A DNA stretch of 64,000 nt from Candidatus Gastranaerophilales bacterium (GCA_944323255.1 CALURU010000012.1:3459-67458); one strand, 5' to 3'. Shown: positions 10,444-20,105, counted from the stretch's first letter. Made by a program: numbers and translations. The notes: generated from the sequence alone by a model not told the origin.

Positions 10444-13400
10444 ATGTACATTAAGCAGCTCGAAATCGACAATTTTAAGTCGTTTGCGAACAAGGTCGAA
10501 ATACCTATGCTGAAAGGTTTTACTACGATTTCAGGACCTAACGGCTCCGGAAAAAGTAATATTATCGACAGTATTCTTTTTGCACTCGGCTTGTCTACAA
10601 GCCGTACTTTGAGAGCTGAAAAACTCTTCCACCTTATATCAACCTACAACAAGAGAAATGAAGCTTACGTAAAAGTAACATTCGGCGAAACCGATGACGG
10701 AGATTTTTCAGTCGCAAGACGTATCCGAAAATCTTCGCAGGGGTTCAACAGCATTTATTACCTCGATGATAAAATCGCAACATTGAGTGATATTCACGCC
10801 AAATTAGAAAAATACAACATTACTCCTAACAGCTATAATGTAATGATGCAGGGCGATGTTATGAGTATTACAAACTGTACTCCAAACGAGCGCCGCAAAA
10901 TTATTGACGAAATAGCGGGAGTTGCGGATTTTGACAGAAGAATAGAGCAGGCAACAGGTGAATTGGATACGGTAGAAAAGCGTGTTGTTAATTCCACTCT
11001 TATTCTGAATGAAGTTAATGCCCGTCTGGAACAGCTTAACGAAGAAAAAGAAGTTGCACTAAAGTATCAGAAATTAAAAGATGAAAAAACTGCGCTCGAA
11101 AGCCAGATTAATACGGTTAAATTCTTCGACCTGCGCAGAAATCTTGAAAAAGCGCACGAAAATATCTTAGAATTTACCAAAAGAAAAAAAGAAGAAGAAG
11201 TTAAATCAAAAGACCTTGAAGAGCGCTTGAGACTTATCAAAGAGAGGTATGATGAGATTTCTAAAACCATTACCGAAAAAGGTGAAGGGCATCAGCTTGA
11301 ACTCAAACAGAAAGCGGAAGAAATAAAAGGTTCAATTGACAGAAAAAATTCTTCTATAGCTTACGCTGACAAACAGATTCAGGACAATTTAAAAACTATT
11401 GAAAACGCTAAAAACGGTATTGAGGTTCAGAAAGATAAAATCAAAGATGCCGAATTAAAAATTTCGCTCAAACAGGATCAAATTAAGGGAATAGAAAAAA
11501 ATATTGAAGAGCAGAAAGCTATTTTGCACAAGATTCTGGAAGATATGTCCGGTCTGAACGAAACAGCCGAGAAGCATATTGAAAAAAGAAACAGTTTGAG
11601 AAAAGAGCTTGAAGAATTGCAAGATAAGGAGACAAAGCTTATCCAGAAACAGGCGCCGATGGAAGCAGATTTATCAACAAAGAAAAAAGCGCTTGAAGAT
11701 GCAAAGGCAAAGCTTGCGGAATTAGAGAGTTTCAAGGCGAATTTTTCGGAGACAAGATCCTCAAAAGAACTTTTGATAGAACAATTAGGCAAAGAACTTG
11801 ACGATTTCAAAATCATCCTTAAAAATACATTGTATGAGTATGATAAAACTAAAAATGAAATCACAGACCTGGACTACGACCTTCAAGCTGCACGTAAGAA
11901 AATATATCAGCTTGAGGCAGTTAAGCAAGCGAACGAAGAAGCTAACCTCGGACGTGCGGTTGATACAGTTGTAAACGCAAACATTCAGGGGGTTCACGCT
12001 CCGCTTGTAAAGCTCGGTCAGGTTGACGAAGAGTATTCAACAGCCATGGAAATTGCAGTCGGCGGCAGAATGTCGCACATAGTTGTTGACGATGAGCACG
12101 TCGCCTCAACCTGTATTGAACTTCTTAAATCCTCAAATGCAGGCAGAGCAACATTTGTCCCGCTTAACAAAATCGTAAAATGCCCAAGAAGCCTAAACCT
12201 TCCAAAAGAGAAAGGTGTAATTGATTTTGCAATTAACCTGATTGATTTTGACGATGAGTACCTTAACGCCTTCTATTACGCAGTCGGCGAAACACTTGTC
12301 GTTGAAGACCGCTCGGTCGCAAATAAATTAATCGGCAAGTACAGAATGGTTACACTCTCAGGCGACCTGTTTGAAAAATCAGGTTCAATCACCGGCGGTG
12401 CTGTCAGAAAAACAGGGCTTAAATTCTCGCAGAATTCCGACAGCGAAATTGATACATTTAAATCAAGGCTTAAAGAAATGGAATCAAAATACGCTGCACT
12501 CGTCTCCAAACGCTCAACTCTTGAGGCAAAAATGGAGGACGTAAGAAGCAAATATTCCAATTCCACAACAGAATTTAACAAAGCAAAATTAGAACTTACA
12601 AGTCTTGAAACCAATTTTGCAAACACGCAGCAAAATATAGAAGAAAGACAAAATTTCATCAAAACTACAGAACCGGAAATTTCTTCTCTCGAAAAATCTT
12701 TGGACAAAATGGAAGAAGAGCACATAACGATTTCCGAAAAAATGACCGATCTTCAAACTTCGATAGAAGAAGTTGAAAAGCTCATGAATGATGCGGACTT
12801 GAAGGATTTGAAAGAAAAAACAGCAGGAGTTGAGGCGGAAATTAAGCGTTATGAGAAAAATATGGCTGACACAAACCACGAAATAGAAGGTTTAAAGCAG
12901 ACAATTGATTTTATCAAAAATACAACTCTTGAGACCATGAACGAAACAATCGACCGTTCGGAGAAAGCAAACTGCGAGCTGGAACTTGACAAGGCAAAAT
13001 TTGCGGAAGAAATTAAAGGTCTAAAAGAGCAGCTTGAAGTTCTTGAGGTTCAGATAAAAGAAATTACCGAAAAATTAGGAGAACTTCTTAAACAACGAGA
13101 CGAAATTAACAATGACCTCGTAAAAGTCGAAACGGACAAGAACCTGAAAGCAAACGAGATAGAAAAAATTGCAGAACAGATTGAATCCTTCAAAGCCCGC
13201 AGAAGAGAGTTAGAGCCGCAGCTCGAGGAGACTAAAAACATTCTGGAGGAAGCAGGGGTGAATATTAACGACCTCACTCCGGTTGAAATGTCAATTGAAG
13301 AAATTACTTCCCGCATCCAGCGTTTGCAAAAAAGAATGGATGACCTGGGCGCAGTTAACATGAAAGCGCTTGAAGATTTTGAAAATGTTTCTGCAAGACA

Positions 13401-13938
13401 ACAGGAGCTTCAAGGGCAAATAGAAACACTTAGCCGTGAAAGAGAACAAATTCTTGAGAGAATGAAAGGCTACGAGGATTTGAAAAAAGAAACCTTCCTC
13501 AAAACTTACAATGTTTTAAACGAAAACTTTAAAGATATTTTCCACAAGCTTTCAGACGGTGAAGGAACACTTATTCTTGAAAACGAAGAAAAACCGTTTG
13601 AAGGCGGACTTGACATAGAAGCACAGCCGAGAGATAAGAAAAAACAGCGTCTTGCAGGTATGTCAGGCGGTGAAAAAGCACTGACGGCACTTTCTTTTGT
13701 TTTTGCAATCCAAAAGTACATGCCGGCACCTTTCTACGCTTTTGACGAAGTTGACGCAAGCCTTGACGGTATAAACGTTGAAAAGCTTGCCCATATTGTA
13801 CAATCTCAGGCAGAGACGACACAATTTATCGTAGTAAGCCACAGAAAACCAATGATTGAATCTGCTAACAGGACAATCGGCGTAACCCAGAAAGAAAAAG
13901 GCATCTCCAAAGTTACCGGTGTCAAGCTCCGCGACTAG
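10444..13938 (+). CDS. smc: Chromosome segregation protein SMC
   Basis: Walker A GPNGSGKS, coiled coils, hinge (GRATFVPLN, GGAVRK), signature MSGGEKAL, Walker B AFDEVDASLD. Confidence 0.98.
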   Translation: MYIKQLEIDNFKSFANKVEIPMLKGFTTISGPNGSGKSNIIDSILFALGLSTSRTLRAEKLFHLISTYNKRNEAYVKVTFGETDDGDFSVARRIRKSSQGFNSIYYLDDKIATLSDIHAKLEKYNITPNSYNVMMQGDVMSITNCTPNERRKIIDEIAGVADFDRRIEQATGELDTVEKRVVNSTLILNEVNARLEQLNEEKEVALKYQKLKDEKTALESQINTVKFFDLRRNLEKAHENILEFTKRKKEEEVKSKDLEERLRLIKERYDEISKTITEKGEGHQLELKQKAEEIKGSIDRKNSSIAYADKQIQDNLKTIENAKNGIEVQKDKIKDAELKISLKQDQIKGIEKNIEEQKAILHKILEDMSGLNETAEKHIEKRNSLRKELEELQDKETKLIQKQAPMEADLSTKKKALEDAKAKLAELESFKANFSETRSSKELLIEQLGKELDDFKIILKNTLYEYDKTKNEITDLDYDLQAARKKIYQLEAVKQANEEANLGRAVDTVVNANIQGVHAPLVKLGQVDEEYSTAMEIAVGGRMSHIVVDDEHVASTCIELLKSSNAGRATFVPLNKIVKCPRSLNLPKEKGVIDFAINLIDFDDEYLNAFYYAVGETLVVEDRSVANKLIGKYRMVTLSGDLFEKSGSITGGAVRKTGLKFSQNSDSEIDTFKSRLKEMESKYAALVSKRSTLEAKMEDVRSKYSNSTTEFNKAKLELTSLETNFANTQQNIEERQNFIKTTEPEISSLEKSLDKMEEEHITISEKMTDLQTSIEEVEKLMNDADLKDLKEKTAGVEAEIKRYEKNMADTNHEIEGLKQTIDFIKNTTLETMNETIDRSEKANCELELDKAKFAEEIKGLKEQLEVLEVQIKEITEKLGELLKQRDEINNDLVKVETDKNLKANEIEKIAEQIESFKARRRELEPQLEETKNILEEAGVNINDLTPVEMSIEEITSRIQRLQKRMDDLGAVNMKALEDFENVSARQQELQGQIETLSREREQILERMKGYEDLKKETFLKTYNVLNENFKDIFHKLSDGEGTLILENEEKPFEGGLDIEAQPRDKKKQRLAGMSGGEKALTALSFVFAIQKYMPAPFYAFDEVDASLDGINVEKLAHIVQSQAETTQFIVVSHRKPMIESANRTIGVTQKEKGISKVTGVKLRD

Positions 13939-14020
13939 GGGGGGTAAATGTATTTGGTCGGTAGGTAAAACTACAAGTTAGGCGTTTTACAAGGGGGGTA
14001 AATGTATCGGGTTGGTGAGT
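13938..14020 (+). repeat. Diverged direct duplication starting GGGGGGTAAATGTAT, period 54 bp
   Basis: GGGGTAAATGTAT at 13941 and 13995; downstream TTGGTCGGTAGGTA vs CGGGTTGGTGAGTA. Confidence 0.8.
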
Positions 14021-14037
14021 AGTGAATGGTGGGTATG

Positions 14038-14108
14038 GTGACTAAGTGATTAAGTGACTGAGTGACTAAGATTAGTGAAGCGTGAGGTGTGAAGCGTGAA
14101 GGGAACAT
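14038..14108 (+). repeat. GTGA octamer x4 plus heptamer x4 array upstream of the ORF6N gene
   Basis: GTGACTAAGTGATTAAGTGACT is identical to 8288-8309; ends GAAGGGAACATT as at 8072-8083. Confidence 0.85.
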
Positions 14109-14195
14109 TAAACAAATTTGGGCGAACACCTTCCTTTACGAGGTAAAGTCGGGATGAGTGATAACAAGAATAAAAGTTCTCAAAGATAGCAAAAT

Positions 14196-14705
14196 ATGGA
14201 AAATTTAGTACAAATCCAAAATTTAATATACGAAATTAGAGGATTCAAGGTAATGCTCGACAGCGACCTCGCAAAGTTGTATGAAGTTGAAACAAGAGCT
14301 TTAAATCAGGCAGTAAAGCGTAATATTGAAAGATTTCCGGCTCATTACATGTTTCAGCTTACAAAAGAGGAATACAAAAACTTGATATCACAAAATGTGA
14401 TATCAAATTGGGGCGGGGTCAGAAAAATGCCTTATGTTTTCACCGAGCAAGGTGTTGCAATGCTTTCATCGGTTTTAAAATCCAAACGTGCAATTCAAAT
14501 TAATATCCAGATTATTGACACATTTGTTAAGCTAAGGCAGCTTGCAATTGAGCACAAGGATTTGGAGCAGAGAATTGCAGAATTGGAGCATTACTTCATC
14601 GAACATACAAAAGATTACAAAGAAGATATGAAGGAAATTTATCAGGCTATTGACTTATTGATGGACAGAACAAAGCCTTCAAAAGTAGGGTTTGTTAAGG
14701 AATAA
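14196..14705 (+). CDS. ORF6N domain-containing DNA-binding protein
   Basis: IRGFKVMLDSDLAKLYEVETRALNQAVKRNIERFP...PYVFTEQGVAMLSSVLKS. Confidence 0.93.
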   Translation: MENLVQIQNLIYEIRGFKVMLDSDLAKLYEVETRALNQAVKRNIERFPAHYMFQLTKEEYKNLISQNVISNWGGVRKMPYVFTEQGVAMLSSVLKSKRAIQINIQIIDTFVKLRQLAIEHKDLEQRIAELEHYFIEHTKDYKEDMKEIYQAIDLLMDRTKPSKVGFVKE

Positions 14706-14881
14706 TTTTATGATAAAAAAGACTATAATAATAAAGAAACGCCCCTCACCCGAATTTCTAAGTTCGCAAAACGCTCACTAAGAAATTCTGCCCTCTCCCT
14801 CAAAAACTAACCTAAGATTACAAACCGGATGCAGGCAGCAGGGAGAGGGGATAAACAAAAAGTAGGGATTGTTAAGGAATA
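14681..14881 (+). mobile_element. CCCTCACCC/CCCTCTCCC...GGGAGAGGGG REP/MITE-like element flanked by a 24-bp direct repeat
   Basis: Element at 14742-14850 with internal hairpin GAATTTCT..AGAAATTC; AAAAGTAGGG(T/A)TTGTTAAGGAATA at 14681-14704 and 14858-14881. Confidence 0.6.
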
Positions 14882-14993
14882 GTAACATTCATGAAAACAG
14901 AGGATAAAAAATAGTATAATATAAATTAAAATAATAATGGGAAAAAGGTATTTTTCCGCACCTTCTTTTAATAAGAAGGGGAGTAATGGAGAT

Positions 14994-15926
14994 ATGGCAT
15001 TAAATAATATAGAGAATATAAGCAAAAGTACGATCGGGTTGACATCTCACCCTAATACTCTTCTCAAGGAAAAGGAAATAGAATATGTTCAGGAAGCTGA
15101 AGTTGACGGAATTGAGATTCTTGTTAATATGGCAAAACACGGCAAAATTGACCCGTGGCATGTTGATATTGTTGAAGTTACTGACAAATATTTGATGCAT
15201 TTATTTCAGTCTAAGGCGCAAAACCTTAGACTTACAGGCAGAACGCTTCTATTTGCTGCAATACTTTTGAAACTTAAATCAAATATTCTAGAAGGGCTTG
15301 ACGTTCTTGATTTTGAGCCACAGCATGAAGAAGATTTCAATTACGATGATGATATGCCGTTGGATTATGGGGAAGAAGAATATATTCCGACTAATAATGT
15401 AATATCTATTGACGAAGTTTTGCAGAGAAGAACAAGCGTTAGACTTAACCACAATCGTGTTGTAACTTTGAGAGACTTAATCAGGCAATTGGAATTTTAT
15501 GAAATGCTTGATAAAAAGCAGTCGCTTAAAAATGCCCACGAGCGTGCTAAAAGGCGTGTTCAAAATTATGCAAGGCTGTCACCTGATGATATCATTAATC
15601 TTGCGCATGATGAATATATAGAAAACGGAGTTCAAAGGTTGAAGGCAAACCTTTCAGAGATTTTGAGCAGGCAGGATAAAATTGAATTGAATGAACTTAC
15701 GCTGCTTGGAATGGACAAAATTAGTGCTTATATTTCACTTTTGTTTTTGACAGCTGAAAGCGATTATGATTTGGAGCAGGACGAGTTTTATTCAGATTTG
15801 TACGTTGTAAAAAGAAAGCCAACTCTGACTCTTCCTGAAGAAGAGGGAAAAGAACTGGACGGTTTCATTAATAATGCGCAGAGTGTCATAGCAGAAACAG
15901 CAGAAGAAGATAAGGTTGGTGCATAA
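14994..15926 (+). CDS. scpA: Segregation and condensation protein A (kleisin)
   Basis: IDPWHVDIVEVTDKY, LLFAAILLKLKS, VTLRDLIRQL; located between smc and scpB; ORF track starts 14937. Confidence 0.88.
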   Translation: MALNNIENISKSTIGLTSHPNTLLKEKEIEYVQEAEVDGIEILVNMAKHGKIDPWHVDIVEVTDKYLMHLFQSKAQNLRLTGRTLLFAAILLKLKSNILEGLDVLDFEPQHEEDFNYDDDMPLDYGEEEYIPTNNVISIDEVLQRRTSVRLNHNRVVTLRDLIRQLEFYEMLDKKQSLKNAHERAKRRVQNYARLSPDDIINLAHDEYIENGVQRLKANLSEILSRQDKIELNELTLLGMDKISAYISLLFLTAESDYDLEQDEFYSDLYVVKRKPTLTLPEEEGKELDGFINNAQSVIAETAEEDKVGA

Positions 15927-16534
15927 TGGAACAATTAAAATCCAGAATTGAAGCCGTTTTGTTTGTCACTGCCCGTGTGCTTCAAATAAAAGATATAGCA
16001 GAAATTTTAGAGGAAGAACCGGATAAGATTGAAGAAGCCTTGCTGGAATTGATTATGGATTATGCCTCACGTGATGGCGCTCTGGAGATTGACGACGAGG
16101 ATGGATATATTTTGCAGGTAAAACAAGAGCATCTGGATATTGTAGAAAAGCTTTGTCCTGTAGAGCTAAAGCCGCCTGTACTCAAGACACTTACTGTTAT
16201 TGCGCTGAAAGAGCCTATCAGACAGTCTCTGCTCAAGGAACTTAGGGGTTCAAACGCTTACGAACATGTGCAGGAGCTTCTGGAAAAAGGTTTAATTTCC
16301 CGTCATAAAGACAAGAACGGCAGATCTTTTAATATTAAAACAACTCCAAAGTTTGCGGAATATTTTAAGCTTAAAGGCGATGTAAGAACTCTGGTCAAGA
16401 CGTTGAATATTGACAAAGGGGTAAAGGACGATCCGGAAGAAGGACGCCAGACTTCTCCGCAGGGTGAAAAAGGGGTAAAGGACGATCCGGAAGAAGGACT
16501 CCAGGCTTCTCCGCAGACTGCTCACGAAAACTAA
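15926..16534 (+). CDS. scpB: Segregation and condensation protein B, with a C-terminal 18-aa duplication
   Basis: IEAVLFV, LKTLTVIALKEPIRQS, ELRGSNAYEHVQELLEKGLI, TTPKFAEYF. Confidence 0.95.
   Translation: MEQLKSRIEAVLFVTARVLQIKDIAEILEEEPDKIEEALLELIMDYASRDGALEIDDEDGYILQVKQEHLDIVEKLCPVELKPPVLKTLTVIALKEPIRQSLLKELRGSNAYEHVQELLEKGLISRHKDKNGRSFNIKTTPKFAEYFKLKGDVRTLVKTLNIDKGVKDDPEEGRQTSPQGEKGVKDDPEEGLQASPQTAHEN
16415..16516 (+). repeat. In-frame 54-bp tandem duplication in the scpB 3' end
   Basis: AAAGGGGTAAAGGACGATCCGGAAGAAGGAC at 16415 and 16469 (KGVKDDPEEG x2). Confidence 0.95.
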
Positions 16535-16553
16535 CATTTAAAAGGGATGGTAA

Positions 16554-18044
16554 TTGTCAGGGTATAAAATTTCAAAACCTAATAAAAAACCGGCGTTGAA
16601 CAGTGTAATTATTTATTCACTGCTCGGTTTTATATTGATTTTTATTTTATTATTCAGGCATTATGCTGATGATATTTATGGAGAAATCGGAAACTGGTAT
16701 TACAGGCACAACCAGATTTCGGAGGCTCAAAAATTCTACGAAAAATCATTCAAACTCGGCAACAATGATTCTTTTAGACGGGGAATTTACGTAAATTCAA
16801 TTATTAATTCGCCGTTATCTCTGGAGTCGCAGGAAAAACTGGTTAGTATAGCTGAAGATAAGGTTCAGGACAGTGCTTCAGTTAAAGCAAAATCTTTTTT
16901 GCAGGATTTAAAAAGAGAAATTCACAGACAGTATCCTGACAATTATATCAAACAATGTCCTTTTAATCAGAAGGTTATTCGCTGGAATCGTTTTCCGATA
17001 ACGTATACATATAATAATATTCAAAATGTTCCCGGAGAATACATTAATGAGATAAACAGGGCGTTTTCGGAGTGGGAAAAAGCTGGAATTGTTTTATTTA
17101 CGCAGACAGAAGGCAAGGCTGATATTGTTGTTAACTTTCGAAATAACAAGAATGAAAATATGGAGTATGGCAGAAAGTACGTAGTTGCTTATACAGTTCC
17201 TCAGGTTTCCAATACGGCATTAAATAGAATGGATATTAATTTTTATATTCAGGATCCGGAAGGGCGCAGATTTTCTGCCAACCAGATATACAACACTGCG
17301 CTGCACGAAATTTTTCACGCATTAGGGTTTATGGGGCATAGTTTTAATCCGGATAATATAATGTATCTTGCTAAAGATAACAATACCCTGATTAATGATT
17401 CACGCACAACTTTAACTAATGCAGATATTTCAACCTTAAAGCTTTTGTATAAGATAAAGCCTGATATTACAAATGAAGGCGAATTAAAGAGCGAGTATAT
17501 TTCTTATCTGGTTCTGGGGGATGATGAGGAGGTAAATATTTCCAAGGCAAAAGAAGCAAAGAATTATATTTACCATGCTCCGACGCTTCCTAGCGGGTAT
17601 ATAGATCTTGCAGAGAGTCTCGTTGCAGAAAAACGTTATCCTGACGCTATCCGGTATCTGGAAAAGGCATTGAGTCTTTCTGATACTGACGAGATGAAAT
17701 ATATATCTTATTACAATCTGGCAGTGGCTTATTATTACATAAATCATCTTCCTATGGCGATGGAAAATCTTAACAGAGCAAAGGCAATAAAAGACAGTGA
17801 GGAATTGCATTTATTAAAAGCGGAAATTTTGCTGGAGGCAGACAGGAATGCCGCAGAAAGAGAGTATGAATATCTTATCCGCTCTGCTCCCGACAATCTG
17901 GATTATGTTATGAGGCTTGCAAATCTATATATAAAAGACAAAAAATATCTGCGTGTGAGGAAGTTGTTAAAAAGTTATATCAGGCGTAATCCGGAATCAC
18001 GAAATGATGAGCGTTTTATTCCATATAAGATATTGCTCTTTTAG
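16554..18044 (+). CDS. Membrane-anchored matrixin (M10-like) metalloprotease with TPR repeats
   Basis: N-terminal TM; ALHEIFHALGFMGHS (HExxHxxGxxH); Met-turn NIMY; TPRs (GYIDLAESL..AIRYLEKAL, YYNLAVAYY). Confidence 0.88.
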   Translation: MSGYKISKPNKKPALNSVIIYSLLGFILIFILLFRHYADDIYGEIGNWYYRHNQISEAQKFYEKSFKLGNNDSFRRGIYVNSIINSPLSLESQEKLVSIAEDKVQDSASVKAKSFLQDLKREIHRQYPDNYIKQCPFNQKVIRWNRFPITYTYNNIQNVPGEYINEINRAFSEWEKAGIVLFTQTEGKADIVVNFRNNKNENMEYGRKYVVAYTVPQVSNTALNRMDINFYIQDPEGRRFSANQIYNTALHEIFHALGFMGHSFNPDNIMYLAKDNNTLINDSRTTLTNADISTLKLLYKIKPDITNEGELKSEYISYLVLGDDEEVNISKAKEAKNYIYHAPTLPSGYIDLAESLVAEKRYPDAIRYLEKALSLSDTDEMKYISYYNLAVAYYYINHLPMAMENLNRAKAIKDSEELHLLKAEILLEADRNAAEREYEYLIRSAPDNLDYVMRLANLYIKDKKYLRVRKLLKSYIRRNPESRNDERFIPYKILLF

Positions 18045-18067
18045 CAATTTTATGGTATCATTTCAGT

Positions 18068-18283
18068 GTGAAAGTTGATTCTTCAAGAGCGCAATCCATT
18101 ATCACTCCAAGAACAACCGGTTATGCTGCAACTGCTTGTCTTGGGGCTGCTGTGTGGAGTGGCATAAGCAAGAATAAAACTTTTAGACACCAACACAAGC
18201 CTCTGGCATATATTACTGTTTTGCTGACAGCAGTTCATATAGGTTTAATCGAATATTATCGTCATAAATACAAAAAAATGTAA
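18068..18283 (+). CDS. Small hypothetical membrane protein
   Basis: 71 aa with two hydrophobic segments, co-oriented with its neighbours. Confidence 0.6.
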   Translation: MKVDSSRAQSIITPRTTGYAATACLGAAVWSGISKNKTFRHQHKPLAYITVLLTAVHIGLIEYYRHKYKKM

Positions 18284-18371
18284 CAAATTCCACTTATTCA
18301 ACAGTGGGTTGTTACATTTTTTTGTTCTTTATAATACAATTAATTTAAGTAAAAAATAACCAGAGGTAAAA

Positions 18372-19049
18372 ATGTTTAACGAGATTAAGACTCACGAGAT
18401 TACGGTAGACATTGTAATTTTAACAATAAAAGACGATGCATTGCAGGTTTTGCTGGTAAAACGTAATAACGAGCCTTTCAAAGATAAATGGGCTATACCG
18501 GGCGGATATGTAAGAATGTCAGAAAATCTTGATGAAGCTGCTATGAGGGTTTTGAAAGAAAAAACAAATGTTGATAACATTTATCTTGAGCAGCTTTATA
18601 CATTTGGCGATCCATTGAGACACCCTGTATCACGTGTTATTACCTGTGCATATTTTGCGCTAATCAGAGCCGAGGATTTCAATGTTGTAACAACGCCTGA
18701 AATAGCATGGCATAAAGTTTCAGACTTACCACCTCTGGCGTTTGACCACAAGGAAATTATCGAGTATTCACTAAAGCGCACACGTGAGCGTTTAGAGATG
18801 TGCCCTGTAGCTTACCAGTTATTGAATGAGAAATTTACGCTTACTGAAATGCAAAAAGCATATGAAATGATTATGGGCAAAAAGCTTGATAAGCGTAATT
18901 TCAGAAAGAAGGTTATCACAACAGACGGATTGCGTGAACTTAATGAGTTTTCAAAATCATCGTCCAAACGTCCTGCTCGTTTGTACACATTTGACAGTAT
19001 AAAGTTGAATTCAAAGCGTGCCCACTTTATTAAAAAAGGCAGCGGGTAG
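18372..19049 (+). CDS. nrtR: NrtR-family Nudix plus wHTH transcriptional regulator
   Basis: WAIPGGYV..ENLDEAAMRVLKEKT (degenerate Nudix box), YLEQLYTFGDPLRHP, PPLAFDH, wHTH FTLTEMQKAYE..LDKRNFRKK..RPARLY. Confidence 0.88.
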   Translation: MFNEIKTHEITVDIVILTIKDDALQVLLVKRNNEPFKDKWAIPGGYVRMSENLDEAAMRVLKEKTNVDNIYLEQLYTFGDPLRHPVSRVITCAYFALIRAEDFNVVTTPEIAWHKVSDLPPLAFDHKEIIEYSLKRTRERLEMCPVAYQLLNEKFTLTEMQKAYEMIMGKKLDKRNFRKKVITTDGLRELNEFSKSSSKRPARLYTFDSIKLNSKRAHFIKKGSG

Positions 19050-19131
19050 GTAAGTTGGTGAAGCGTAAAATGTGAGGGACAGGCAGGTCGGTTGGGCATA
19101 TTTGCCAGACAGGATTAAAAAAGGAGAATAA

Positions 19132-19356
19132 ATGTTAACACTAGTTTGGACAATACAGGTTATATCAGCTCTATTATTGATAGTATTAATTTTGATGCAC
19201 TCGCCAAAAGGCGACGGCATCGCAGGGATCGGCAATGCAGCACAAATGTTTTCTTCCCAGAAGAGTGCTGAAAAAGGCTTAAATAAACTAACCGGAATAA
19301 TTGCTGCTGTATTTGTTTTGTGCATATTTCTTTTAGGATTTGGCATAATCAAATAG
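19132..19356 (+). CDS. secG: Preprotein translocase subunit SecG
   Basis: LIVLILMHSPKGDGIAGIG...SAEKGLNKLT. Confidence 0.92.
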   Translation: MLTLVWTIQVISALLLIVLILMHSPKGDGIAGIGNAAQMFSSQKSAEKGLNKLTGIIAAVFVLCIFLLGFGIIK

Positions 19357-20100
19357 ATGAATGAAATTTTTGCAAGAAATATTTTATACTGGGGCGAGGA
19401 AGCACAGTGTATATTAAATTCTGCACATGTTGCCGTATTCGGACTCGGAGGTGTGGGCGGATATTGCGCAGAAGCACTTGCCAGAAGCGGTGTGGGGAAG
19501 CTGACACTGATAGATTTTGATAAGGTCTCCAAAACCAATATAAACCGCCAGATTATTGCTTTAGAATCTACTATAGGACAAAATAAGACTGAACTTTTTA
19601 ATCTAAGGTTGAAGGATATCAATCCCGGGATAAGATTGAATTTAGTAAACGATTTTTATCAGGATGAATTTGACTTTTCCGGTATAAATTATGCAGCGGA
19701 TGCAATCGATACTATGCGCTCAAAAATTAATCTTTTGGTAAAATGTGTTGAGATGAAAATTCCGGTCATATCTTCAGTGGGCGCAGGCAATAGAATGAAT
19801 CCGGAAAAACTGTACATTTCAGACATTTCTGAAATCCATGATAAAAAAGCTCCGTTTGTATCTAATATTTTGTACCAATTAAATAAACGCAGCATAACAA
19901 GCGGTATAACTGTTGTAGCGAGTGATGAAAAACCTTTTGTAAGAGAAAAAATATCCGAATGCGAAAATATAATGACCGCTGACGGGAGTGAAATTCAGTT
20001 TAATAAAATAATTCCATCGTCGACCCCGTTTGTTGCCTCCTGTGCGGGAATATTCATGGCTTCGAGAATTGTATCGGATTTAATCGGCAGTAAGATTTAA
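19357..20100 (+). CDS. tcdA: tRNA threonylcarbamoyladenosine dehydratase (ThiF family)
   Basis: VAVFGLGGVGGY, LIDFDKVSKTNINRQ, DAIDT, SSVGAGNR, VVASDE. Confidence 0.9.
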   Translation: MNEIFARNILYWGEEAQCILNSAHVAVFGLGGVGGYCAEALARSGVGKLTLIDFDKVSKTNINRQIIALESTIGQNKTELFNLRLKDINPGIRLNLVNDFYQDEFDFSGINYAADAIDTMRSKINLLVKCVEMKIPVISSVGAGNRMNPEKLYISDISEIHDKKAPFVSNILYQLNKRSITSGITVVASDEKPFVREKISECENIMTADGSEIQFNKIIPSSTPFVASCAGIFMASRIVSDLIGSKI

Positions 20101-20105
20101 GAAAA

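Noticed and set aside
13938-14108. Mini-CRISPR interpretation of the 54-bp-period repeats
   Set aside because: There are only two units per locus, the unit bodies differ between loci and are themselves duplicated, and there is no leader or cas gene.
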